A stretch of 50,765 nucleotides of DNA, filler included, from Catajapyx aquilonaris (lineage: Eukaryota): assembly GCA_000934665.2 (NCBI GenBank). It is 2 parts of 2 records of this genome, joined end to end, with 100 filler letters (N's around TTAATTAATTAA, not from the genome) between each part and the next. Parts side by side here need not be neighbours in the genome. Positions count along the whole stretch, not along the records: positions 1 to 25,319 come from JYFJ02005389.1; positions 25,420 to 50,765 come from KZ539343.1. One strand, written 5' to 3'. The position numbers and the translations under genes are program-made. Positions 24,806 to 35,698 of this stretch are shown here, in pieces; positions within the stretch are counted from its first letter, which is position 1; every line of letters starts with the position of its first letter. Below the pieces are notes generated by a model, which was not told the DNA's origin, ran no database searches, and saw nothing but the letters and a program-made list of their open reading frames with translations.

Positions 24806-25319
24806 TCAACCTTGATGTTCATAGTCTTTCATCCACCTAGGAGGACGGATCTGCCTGCCACTTCTGGTTGAACACTGCTGACCATCGCTGCTTGGCACAG
24901 GTTGGGTTGGTGATTGGTCGTCAGTCTCATCACCTTCCTCTGGATCCTCTTGTAGCTGTGGCAGCTCCGGTGCAGGCCTAAGGTGTACTCTATTGCGTCT
25001 AATGTTCTCGCCATTATCCTTGATGACATGGTATGAACGTGGTGTGTCAGCAGGCTTCACTACCCGTCCGAGCTGGCTTGGTTTCTTGTCTTGGATCCAG
25101 ACTCGCTGTAGGGGTGTCAGGTCTGGAAGAGACCTTCTCTTTTCTTCTGTTTGTCTCCACTTATTTTGTTTCTTCTGCAAAACGGCACGGTACGCCCCGT
25201 GGTCTATCTTGGTGGGGGTTAAGGTTTCCAATGAAGGTATAAATGCATTTAGCTTGCGGCCATTGAGTAGCTCCGCAGGAGTATATGTAGTTCCAGGAAT
25301 AGGGGTTGTGTGGAGATTT
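24806..25319 (-). mobile_element. Gypsy (Mag-like) pol integrase C-terminus, truncated by the gap
   Basis: TTPIPGTTYTPAELLNGRKL...LPDLTPLQRVWIQD...GRVVKPADTPRSYHV...IRRNRVHLRP...TRSGRQIRPPRWMKDY. Confidence 0.88.
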
Positions 25320-25419
25320 NNNNNNNNNNNNNNNNNNNNNNNNNNNNNNNNNNNNNNNNNNNNTTAATTAATTAANNNNNNNNNNNNNNNNNNNNNNNNN
25401 NNNNNNNNNNNNNNNNNNN
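25320..25419. other. Artificial contig linker / assembly gap
   Basis: 44 N + TTAATTAATTAA (stops in all six frames) + 44 N = exactly 100 bp. Confidence 0.95.
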
Positions 25420-25640
25420 CTCCGCCCCAGCAACCGGAACCTCGCAAAATACTCATTAAATGGGCCGTGGCCAGAAACAAATCGCGCCATGTGCCCATGA
25501 ACGTGTCTGTCCGTGCAATCTGCCGTGCAATCTGTCCGTGCAGGACAATAACGATTACTTTGCTTGTTACGCAGCAAGTAGTCTGAAAACGTTCCATGAT
25601 GATCTGCAGGGAGAAGCCCACCGCTAACAGACCGTCCCTC
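25420..25640 (-). mobile_element. Non-LTR retrotransposon (R1/Jockey-group-like) ORF2 C-terminal relic
   Basis: MARFVSGHGPFNEYFARFRL matches the TQFLSGHG-F--YL-RF motif that precedes the C-terminal zinc knuckle. Confidence 0.6.
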
Positions 25641-25756
25641 CACAGGGACAGCCAGGGAAGCTTATTCTGGCCCAGTGCTGGCCCCTAGGGCCTAGTTTGC
25701 CCCCTGCCTTGCCCTCAGGTGAGTCCCTTCCCTTCTCACCATGTATTCTATTCACT

Positions 25757-25915
25757 ACCGAAGCAGTCGGCGTAGGGGTTAGAGCGACCGACTGCTAATC
25801 GGGAGGTCCCGGGATCAAATCCCGGCACCGGCAATCCTGGCCGATGCTTTCTGTGGTTTCCAGGAGAATTCCGGGATTGATCCCATAGAACGGCCACAGC
25901 CGCTTCCTTCCCCCA
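25757..25915 (+). mobile_element. tRNA-derived SINE
   Basis: A-box-like GGCGTAGGGGTTAGAGCG and B-box-like GGGATCAAATCCC, then TTTCTGTGGTTTCC...GGCCACAGCCGCTTCCTTCCC, a body common in arthropod SINEs. Confidence 0.75.
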
Positions 25916-26029
25916 TAAAGAGTGAAGTAAAAATGAAACTAAGAGTTCCAGACAAAAAAAAAGTGGGATGTACTCCCCACCCCCACCTAAAAAGCTGCTG
26001 GCTTCTAACGGGGTGTGAATTTTATTCAC

Positions 26030-27310
26030 AGGAGTGGGTAAAAAAACTCACTGACCACAGCAAATTGACCTGTAGAATAAGCAAGAGTTACAAGGAGTAC
26101 AATGCTGGAGAGCGCAAAACAGGCTGGCAGTATGATTTTAAGAAAGATTATAGGTTCCAACACAAGACAAAATGCACAAGGACAGTCGTGGACCCTAAAC
26201 CACAACAATCACAAAGAATACCAACGGCAGTTCCAACTTGAAGGTTCACGTTCTGATGTAAAATCAGGTAGCTTATGTATGTATAGCCTTCATGTACAAG
26301 GGCTGCTCAAGAAATTCTCAGATTTTTATTCTAGTGACAGAATGCACCATTCAATAAAAGCAGAACAGGGGGCATTGGGAAGAGGTGGCCTTTTTTTGTT
26401 TGCCCATGGCAACGGCTTTGTTGGTGATTACCACGGAAACAGGCTGTGCGAAGAACGGGCTCTGCTGTTAGTTATTAATTAATAATTAAATTTTTAATAA
26501 TTAAATCATGACTTAAACCAATGAATTAATTACATTGAATCATTAATTCAGCATTCAATTCTACAATATCATTTGTACAATTCAACTGTACACTTCAATT
26601 GTACATAAAATTCCACTTTGTTTATTTCATTATGTCTGTTCAATTCCAGGAGAGACTTGAAACACAGCAAGAATAAAGATCATCTGGCCCACCCTTGGCG
26701 ATGTATTGTGGAACTAAATGGAGTTCATAATCATCAAGTTGACAGCGTACATGCCCTGAGGTTTAGGGATACAGCTGATGAGGTGTGGGATAAACTTGAT
26801 CAACTGTTCAGGATGGGGCATTCTGCCTCTTCAGCACGCCACTCCTTGGAGACTGCCTTGCAGCTTGACCATCCAGATGACTGGCCTACTTACATGGCGG
26901 ATACCAAGTATCTTCCAACACTGTCTGCGGTGAACAGCTACTTTCGAAAAGTTTTCTTTGCAGAATATGGAACTCGGTCTGGCAAGGATGCCATTGTTGA
27001 TCTGGAGAAATTTCTGGAAAAGCGCAGTAGCACAGCAGAAGGGGAAGGGCTGAAATATGTGGTAGATTTCACCAGTGAGGGGCACCTGTATGTTTGCCTG
27101 TGTACATCTTTGATGTCAAGGATACACAAGCATGTTGTGCAATGTTCTGAAATCATGTATGTTGATGCCACAGGTGGGCTAGATAAGTCCAATCACCACC
27201 TGTACTTATTTATGACATCAACACCAGTTGTTGGGGGTTTACCCTTGGGAATTATTATCACGGACTCGGAGAAACAGTCAGTGTTTGAACAAGCCTTAGA
27301 ATCACAGATA
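26030..27310 (+). mobile_element. Mutator/MULE transposase fragment (N-terminal half, spliced, truncated)
   Basis: HNHQVDSVHALRFRD, LCTSLMSRIH, MYVDATGGLD (first catalytic D), GGLPLGIIITDSE; probable intron ending at CCAG| ~26649. Confidence 0.8.
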
Positions 27311-27319
27311 GAAAAGTGC

Positions 27320-28320
27320 TTTCCAGCATCATATCCACAGCAGGTTCATAAAAACAAATGAAGTGTGGTTAAGGCGACATCTCAATTTAGTGGCGACGCA
27401 GATATCTCTCAGAGACAGACCGGGCCGACCGCAAAAGCCATTCCAGGAAAGCAGCGACCGCACAAAAAGAAGAAAGGTGGATGCACTGTGCTCCACGCCT
27501 GAGGCAGATGAGCTCGCATATGTCACTCAAAAGAGTTTGAGGGCTTCTGGTTCTCGAGACGCAGCAGATTTGCTAAAGGAGGCAACAACAACATCGCCTG
27601 ACAGGGCAAGAAAAATCGAGAAAAATCAAGAAAGTGTGGAAAGCAAGCAGAAAGCCGCAGTCTTCCCAGGTTCAACGACTCTCCGCAGACCAAGCTTTGT
27701 CATTAATCATCGAGAAAAAGATGACTACACATCAGTACGAGCTAAACAGGAGCATTCTGAAGACTCAGGCAAATGCTGACGTGTATACATCATACAAAAG
27801 TGTACTGGCAGCAAAAAAAAGCGTGCTATCCAGAAGAGCATCAGTTAACACATAAATCCGCGGAGGTGTCAGTGCAAGCTTTGGTGGACCATACAGCTAT
27901 GAGACTTCTGAAGTACCAACAAGAAGTACTAACTTCTGTAGACTGCTTGCGGAACTTTGTATTGATACCATAGTGGGGTTGCATACAAGCAAAGGTTCGA
28001 AAGTGGGCACTGATAAACCGACGAAGATTTTTGTTTGTTAGTTCGCTAGTACCGATTCAACTGTTCGGGGGTAACTGACGACCACAAGAAGATAGTAGTG
28101 TGGCAAAATCCACGCCCCTCGTCAACAAGATACTGCCGGCCAATTAGGTTCGTGTTTTAGGAATGCGAAACAGTGATTGACAGGGAGTGTGGCCATATAC
28201 AAAGTCAAGTCGAGTCAGTAACAGCGACAGAAGCAGTCATCAATGAAAAAAGGCTGACAGTCAGACATGAAATGGTAATGACAATGGTGGACGGCAAGAT
28301 CTGTAACAACTTGACAAACA
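27320..28320 (+). mobile_element. Degenerate Transib transposase (RAG1-core relative)
   Basis: RFIKTNEVWL, GRPQKPFQESSDRTKRRK, ATTTSPDRA, YTSYKSVLAAKK-CYP, VQALVDHTAMRL, WGC, SSLVPIQL, WQNPRPSSTRYCRPIRF, MTMVDGKICN. Contains frameshifts and stops; the DG after WGC is deleted. Confidence 0.9.
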
Positions 28321-28324
28321 GAAA

Positions 28325-28535
28325 CAAGAACGAGGAACGTAAACGAGTACTACAAGTTCAGCACGAACTTCATTTGCGTCAAGCTGAACTTGCGAGAACC
28401 TCAAAGGCAAGTGACACAGCACTGAGTAAAGTGGACAAGGCGCACCATGTCTTCACATTTGACTTGCAGAAAACACTGCCCACACCAAGCCTTACAACCA
28501 ATGTTGTATATTACAAGAGGCAGTATTCCACATAC
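28325..28535 (+). mobile_element. Sola-type transposase fragment
   Basis: HELHLRQAELAR...FTFDLQKTLPTPSLTTNVVYYKRQYSTY matches the FDLQ--LPTP....YYKRQL--YN motif. Confidence 0.75.
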
Positions 28536-28939
28536 CACCATTGGAGGAGTCTTGGTTTACTGTCCTCCTCCAACACTCCTCCAATGGCTGGTTTCACCAA
28601 GCACGTTATATTATAAATCCTACCTCCTCCTTGGAAAATCCTTACTTTTGGTTGTTGTCAACAATTGTTATAATTGAAGTTCTCAATTATAACCAGGTTG
28701 GTGAAACCCAACCTAAGGCAGTGTCAGTACTGGTTTAGAGTTAATCAGGAGAAATGCCCCCGACTGTAAGACAGACACTAATGGCTTCCAGGGTGTTATT
28801 TGATTAATAAGGGAGGGTAGTAGATAATATTGATCAGAAGTTACCCTCTAACACCCTTCCTGATTATTTATATTTGTCAAGCATTTATTTTCTGATCTAT
28901 GTACTAATGCAGTTTTTTCTTGCCATTCCAAAGAAAATC

Positions 28940-29182
28940 TGCAAAAAGGAAGAGGAGGCCTGCTCCCCTTTCCAAGTATGATGAGGAGGCTCTAGATCTA
29001 CTTAAAAAGAAAAACAAGCAGGAGATGAGGTAATACGGAAGGAACATGCTTTGAAGACTGCACTACAAAATGCAAAACTAGCTGTTGAGGAGCAGCGGCG
29101 AGAGTACTATGCACTGAAAACCCGCCTCCTACAAGGAGAAGGGACGGATGGGATGGATGTCGGTATTTGAAAAATCAATAAA
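28940..29182 (+). mobile_element. Possible last exon of a Harbinger-type Myb/SANT accessory protein (degenerate)
   Basis: Coiled-coil EHALKTALQNAKLAVEEQRREYYALKTRLLQ, then a stop and AATAAA; family assignment is weak. Confidence 0.3.
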
Positions 29183-29243
29183 TGAGAACAGGCATTTTCA
29201 GTAATTGCATTTTGTAGAGAGGGTAATATCACATTGAGACCTG

Positions 29244-29460
29244 CACTGTGAAAAAAATCCGTTTATTTACGGAAAGAGTTGAGTTAAATACGACGGAAAG
29301 GTTCCGTGTTGTCCTTCTACGGAAAGTATCAGTAATAGGCAAAGGAAGGAATCTATCCGTATTTGGGGACGGATAATTTCCGTAAAATACAACCACAAAC
29401 GTAATAATTCCGTAGTCCAACTGACAATATACCGTACTGTACCAGTACCCAACGCCGCAA
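29244..29460 (+). mobile_element. CACTG-type (CMC/EnSpm) terminus with TCCGT/ACGGA subterminal motifs
   Basis: CACTGTGAAAAAAATCCGT...TACGG; first 13 nt identical to the reverse complement of the terminus at 49407. Confidence 0.6.
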
Positions 29461-29505
29461 CATGCTTTCACCATCCATGCATCACACAGTAGAGTGACTG
29501 TACGT

Positions 29506-29925
29506 ACACTGTTAATAAAATTGGAACCAAGATGGTGCCAAGTGACCCTAATTTGGTGCCAAGTGACCCTAAGTTGATGCCAAAGGGTCCACAACTGGTG
29601 TCGTATGGCACCAGATTTGGTGCCTTACCACGAAGGGTGCCAAATGGCACCTTACTTCATGGCCTCAATTGACAGCAGTAGGTGCCAATTGGCACCATAT
29701 TTGGAGCCATTGCACTAAATGGTGCCATGTGGCACCCATCTGTGCCAGTTGGCACCAATCACCAAACAGGACTTTTGGCACCCAATTTGGAGCCACGGGC
29801 ACTGAAGGTGCCGAATGGGCCCAAATTGGTGCCTTGCTATGAAATGGTCCCAAATGGCACCCATCTGGGCTAGTTGGCACCAATCACCAAACAGGACCTT
29901 TGGCACCCAATTCGGAGTCACGGTT
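29506..29925 (+). repeat. Second CACTG-type terminus with GGCACC/GGTGCC subterminal repeat array
   Basis: CACTGTTAATAAAA followed by many GGCACC/GGTGCC motifs, including a ~68-bp direct repeat (29731-29798 vs 29856-29923). Confidence 0.6.
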
Positions 29926-31039
29926 TACTTCCTCGTGTGCTTGTTCTGCCGACCTTCAGAGGTCCTGCAAGTCAGCAAGTGGCAGCGCCATACTGCCACC
30001 TGCTGGAAGTTTGAAAAACTAAATACAGTCTTTACCACCTCTCCTCAGGGTCCCAAAAACAGGCATAATGCGGGTGATAATAACGCTTTAATTTTAAAAC
30101 TAATGTAAAATATATTTTGTCATAATGGTTGTGCATGTTCTGGGCCATGTTTCTTAGTTGCCAGATATCATAAAAATGTCATGAATTTAGCAAATTTTTT
30201 TTAGCGAAGATGACCAAGGCTCGGAATATGAAGTACCCTGTAACGCGCAATCTAATGCAAAAACCAAAAATCGACTGTGATAGGGACATCGTTCCATGCT
30301 GCGTGGTGCCAAATTGGCAACTTTTGTGATGAGGTCATGAACGATGACCCGTACAGAGTCTCCCGCGAATGTCAAAATTTAGTGCAACTCTTCGACACTA
30401 GATGGCTGGTAACGTGGCCCGCTCATTTTCTCCTTTCCCCTGGGCTCCCAGCCCCGCCTTCTCTCCCCAGGGTACACAGGGTCTTCCTCCCCCCACTGTC
30501 CCTCTTTCCTGACCATTTTCTTCCCGCAACCCTTACTTTTTTTTTCTTTTCTCGAGGCTCATTTCAGGTTTTTGGATTTGGATGGGGATTCCCACAAGCC
30601 AGCCGGCCCGGAGAATAGTCAATGCATTTTTGAAGCCTTTCCCAATGTCGCTGGATAGTTCCAACTAACCATCAGGACATAGCATGGGGGCCCCCACTAC
30701 CTGCTATAGTGCTATGCATACCTATCATATAATATCATACTAACACGTTTATGCTCTGCACTACAGACTGCACTATGAATGTATTGCAGACGATTTTCGT
30801 CGCGTAGAAGTCCCTAAAATGATTTTCACGGAGATAGTCGTAAAAAAACCAAATTATACTGCTACCGGCCAACGGTTAATCTGATTTAATTATGAAATAG
30901 CTGGTACGTTAAAATATAGGGAATGATTATCTACATTGAGACCCCCCNCCCCCCCCCCTTAAGTTCCATCGAAAGGCTTTTCCGCGTGTGGTGTTCACGA
31001 TACCTCCTCAAGCCTTTGTTTGTCGCCTCCTGTCCGAAA

Positions 31040-31394
31040 GTCCCTAACCCTGTCTTTGGTTTATTTCCCTTCCGGTAAGTTCAACCTTACAGCGGAACAA
31101 ATAAAAGAGAAATCATTAGTAGCAATTAATGGACTCTGGCCGACTACTGATAAAATTATTGAAACTACGAGACCTCCAAACAGCTATGAAACTGTTTCAG
31201 GCGCATATCACTCCAATAATAATGTACAATGCCCATATTTGGGGCCCAAATCAGTTAGACACAATAAATCAGATTCAAATTATTTTATTTATTTAGAAAC
31301 AGGCATACTACCACTTACAACCAATTTGGTTAAAACGATTATCAGGAACATTGAAAAGTTAATAAACACTGATAACAACAGACTTGTGAAGGAA

Positions 31395-31481
<87 letters not shown>

Positions 31482-32046
31482 CAAGAAATAAACTTGAAGA
31501 ACCCATTAATCAGAGACAACTGGATATTCGCATGTAAACATTAAGTTCAAATGAATGATATAAATTGGGAAGAACTATTCACAAACTCACGGTCAACACT
31601 TGAAATTTTAAATTTAAACGTAAAAAACAATATCCTCAAAATGTTACAAAATACTTCAAGATATCAACAGTATGCTACAAAGATATTAAAGACAGTCATG
31701 ACCAGGAAAATTATTTAACATATGGTTTACCAATAGTACAAACGAGAATGATAGCAAACCTAAGAAACAATTCAAAGTATTTACGATTGGAAAGAGATTC
31801 AATCAAACTTTTTGACGAAGATTTCTGCGAATGGTGCAATACGCAGGAAACATTGGCAGCATATCATGTAATTTATTAATGTAGATTCTTTTCATCGGCC
31901 AGAGCAAGCAACTTGTATGACCTACCAACATACCCTCCATCACATTACCACTTACTTTACCTAGACATAACGAAAGAACATAATATTTGCTTTATTTGAG
32001 TTTTTCCAAAATGTCAACAAAAAGTTAAAATTTGTAATGTAATAAA
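31040..32046 (+). mobile_element. Degenerate LINE 3' region (post-RT domain)
   Basis: SNYFIYLETGILPL...NNRLVKEAY...DNW motif typical of CR1/L2/RTE-group ORF2 tails; later CEWC...H remnant; AATAAA at ~32041. Confidence 0.55.
31397..31477. repeat. (AT)n microsatellite, ~80 bp
   Basis: Seen directly. Confidence 0.98.
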
Positions 32047-32232
32047 GGATGGCATGATTTGTGTCCCCCGAATCAGGACAAAATGTACTGAACTAGGGGT
32101 ATAGAAATAAATAAATAAAATAATAAAATACACTCACACAATATAAACAACAGGTGAGCAGCTGAACGCAGGCTAATAATACAATAAAAATAAAATAAAT
32201 AAAATGAAAATGAAAATAGACTCCTTCAAGAT

Positions 32233-34064
32233 TCAATATTGAGTCATCTTTTTATTGACCCCATGCCACAGAAAGACGCAAACTGGAGCCTCTGGCTGCG
32301 TCTGGCGCCCATTGGCGGGTGTCTCCTTGGGAGGAAAGCTGGCGGGTTCCTCCAAGGGTTCCTCTCTCTTGGAATCTAATGCCCTCTTCAATAAATTTGT
32401 TTGGACTCGCCTTTCTTCCTTCGCCTCTTGCAGAAGACGGATGGTCGTCTCTAGCAAGATATTTGCTGTAAGAGACATTTAAATAATATATTGAACTTCA
32501 TTCAAGAATATAATTACAAATAAGTACCGTACTGATGCCGAGTAGGCTAATCCATACCACAGCAGTAGTGTCATGGGGTCTTTTTTGACCCCAAGCTTAC
32601 GAGAATTGACAGTGTCAAGTTACTACCCAAATGCCTTTGTGTATTCCTCAAACATATCTTTGCCTATCTGTTAATGTCTTTGAAAATGAATTTAAAAAAT
32701 CAGGGTCCTCAACCTACCAAACTCATTATATCTTCTGCGTGGCCTGACCAGTCACCAGAAGAGTCATTGTAATGGTCATATGAGACGGCTAGGCACTAAC
32801 TAGTCGTCGCTGGCTACCCCATGTCTGGGATTATGCCGTGATGTTATGAATGAATGAATGAAAAGGGTCCTCAAAAAACAGCTATAATCACGGTGGGGTG
32901 CGTCTGGGGTCAAAAAAGACCCCATGACACTATAGTTACGTTTGGATTTCTCATTACTCTAGCATTCACATCTTCAAAAAAAATGAGCCTCTTCTAGTCT
33001 TTCATTCATAAGATCAGTGCAGTTTCCTGTTTTTGAAAAAATATTTGAGCAGCTTTTGTAAGGTAATGTGTTGCAAATTAGAGGCTATCGGCTATAGGTC
33101 TCGGCTATACCGTATACGCTAATAAATTATTGAAGACCGCTAGGGAATATGTTCTTCATTTGAGACCTTCTACATGGTAGGTGTTACGCAGAAAAATGAA
33201 TTTTTATGACACTTATCGGAGGTCAAAAAATTCCCCCTGTGAACCCTGGATAGTGCAAATCTTTGTCAATCTAATGATATATTTGAAACTTAGAAATCGC
33301 CGTTTGTGTAATCATAACAACAACAACAACAACAACAACACGACATTTCCCTATGAGGGGTAGTCAGCGATGAAGGGAGATGCAAGCTAACCCAACATAT
33401 GAACTAATAAAACACATGAGAAAGAACCTAAAAACAACCTGTAATCATAATTAAGTTAATTGCACACTCAGTTATCTCAGCCATTTATAATCCGAATTAC
33501 TTCCCGAATGTATCGAAGACAAGCCAGAAATCTGCGTGATAAAATGACACAGTGCTCTATGACACTAAAAATTTTAAACGTATTTAAAAGTACCGCCGTC
33601 TATTCCCGCCAGAAAGCGGGCTGGGTACTTTTCTATTAAACTGACTAAAACAATACTTTTAAAAGTTTTAGTGTAATAGAGCACAGTGTAATTTTATCAT
33701 GCACATTTTTGGCCTGCCATCGATACATTCGCAGAAATGTGGGAAACCATTATGCTTTGATCTACGATGATTATGGTGCAGAAGCGGCATGGTATATAGT
33801 TTCAGTTAGTAAAGCGAAAGTAGAAGTGCAAAATAGTCTCATACCTTTTTGACACTCTGTGCACTGCTGTTCCGGCTTCCTCTCTGCTGCACTTGTCGAT
33901 AGCGATGAAGGACACTTAGGTAATAACTCCAAGGTGAGCTCTTCAATTTTTTCTTCACCGTCACCTGATCGTATTGACATCAATGGACTCGGTGGTCGAG
34001 ATAGGCCAAATGCTATCAAGGTGGCCTCATCAATGTCCGTAGTATCCGACTCGGAAGAATCCAT
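32233..34064 (-). CDS. Predicted two-exon ORF (33845-34064 + 32233-32465), 150 aa, unknown function, possibly a transposon accessory gene
   Basis: AAG|GTATG donor (phase 1) and TTACAG acceptor join MDSSESDTTD...CTECQK to ANILLETTIRLLQEAKEERRVQTNLLKRAL...SFPPKET in frame. Confidence 0.4.
33505..33731. mobile_element. MITE-like inverted repeat
   Basis: CGAATGTATCGA...GATAAAAT.ACAC.GTGCTCTAT.ACACTAAAA mirrored at 33655-33731. Confidence 0.7.
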
Positions 34065-34735
34065 GCCGGGTTCAGTTGAGACGTGCTAGCCGTCTGCTAC
34101 TGGTATAGAACGCGCGACAATTTTGTGACCTCGGCGCGATCGCTGCCTTTTCTCTCCCTTCTGCCATTGGGTGAAAATAACAAAAGGAATGCCGAGATGC
34201 TGTATAGAGTTGGCAGGTTGGTGTTGAGTAAGACATACGAAGTGTACTTGCTTTCTACCTGAGAGGTTACTGAGGGATGTTCAATATCATGAAGTGCGAC
34301 ATACTATTAAGTTATTTATGATCGTTATTAACCCTTAACTGGTGCGGTGCAAAAAAAAGTCTTTTCCCTGTGCAGTGGAGTCGATCGGAACGCCACTTTT
34401 CCTTTCGGAACGTGGACGCCTTAGGACGTGGAATATTCCAATTATAAAAATATGACCGGAAAATATGATTCATTGACGGGAAAACGGGAATTGACGGGTC
34501 ACAAAACATGTTCGATTTTCGGCCCTGTTGTTGATTTTGTGACGTCACCCTAGCTCACCTATTCAGGAAACCGATAACTGACAATAACCACAGGACGTGT
34601 CTTACTAACCATACAGGGGCTGCTCAAGACCCCGTTCTGATCAAAGCATTCCAACTGTTCAGGAACTAAATAGGCATGTGCCTAAAAATCTGCTGCAGGT
34701 TCTTTCTTCCTTTGACGTTTGGCAGCTTGTAACGT

Positions 34736-34793
34736 GTAAAGGCCATTTCCCCAAAAAAATGTCGCGACATTTTTTGGGGGAAATGGCCTTTAC
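34736..34793. repeat. 58-bp loopless palindrome (one mismatch)
   Basis: GTAAAGGCCATTTCCCCAAAAAAATGTCG|CGACATTTTTTGGGGGAAATGGCCTTTAC. Confidence 0.85.
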
Positions 34794-35698
34794 GCTTCTT
34801 TAGAGGCATTGAGAAACAGGAAAGGACAGCCGATATCTCCGACAATGGAATTCTCTCTCTTTTTTTGTTTCCTTAGAGATGCTTTTTGATATTGTTGGCG
34901 AATGATGGGGAGGCGGTATAGAGTGCCGTGGGAGTTAGGCTCATTTTCGGAAACTGAAACATGCGCCATTAGGTCCCTCGAAAAAAGTAACCCCCGATGA
35001 GCTAGTTTAAGGCGGTGTAGGGGCCTTCCCCTGCATTTATATAAGGGACAAACATCCAAACTATCTCATTTATAGATAAAGAAGATTTCCTTTCTCAATA
35101 CCAACAACAATCTTTGCCAATGGTGCCAAGTGGCCAAGTGTCACGGTAACAGTGGGTAACAATATGGAAAACCTTTTTGTGACAAATAACCTCCGGTTTG
35201 GGGTTGGAGGGGGGGGGGGGGGACACCGGACTGTTCCACTATACGGAGCCCGAACTTTGCAGCTGGGGTTGTAATTCTCAAAAGAGAGAGAAAACTTTCT
35301 GCGAAAACGGTCAATTTTGAATGTTTGCCAGTAGGTATTCCATTCTCTCTTTTTATTACCCTCTAAAAAACATCCCCCCCACCCCCCACTCTGTCGTCCA
35401 CTTCCCTTCCTGGTACCATTACCCCAGGATTCTTTGTAGTTGGCGCTGGAAACCCAGCAGGAGAAGGTCCTTCTTTGCCGGCCTCTTTTTCTCCTGCTGG
35501 GATTTCCTTCCCTTACCTTACCCCCCTCACTATTCAACGAATACAGTTTAGGGGCCATTGCTTTTTTACAGCCTGAAGTGACCCTTTTATAGACCTTCCT
35601 TTGACCTCCCTCAATAAAACTATCAGTCAGTGACACACCTCCCAAAGTTAGATATACTGGGTGGTCTATGTGGACTGAATTGTACTGTACAAATGGCA

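Noticed and set aside
25757..25835. tRNA gene (also B-box-like motifs at ~2440 and ~15990)
   Set aside because: No complete cloverleaf; the first two continue into SINE bodies and the third has no convincing A-box or stems.
27320..28320. ProtoRAG/RAG1-RAG2-like system
   Set aside because: Only a decayed Transib core; no RAG1 RING/N-terminal region, no RAG2-like kelch ORF, no paired RSS-like TIRs.
31289..31519. ORFs with YIYIYI runs
   Set aside because: Translation of the (AT)n microsatellite.
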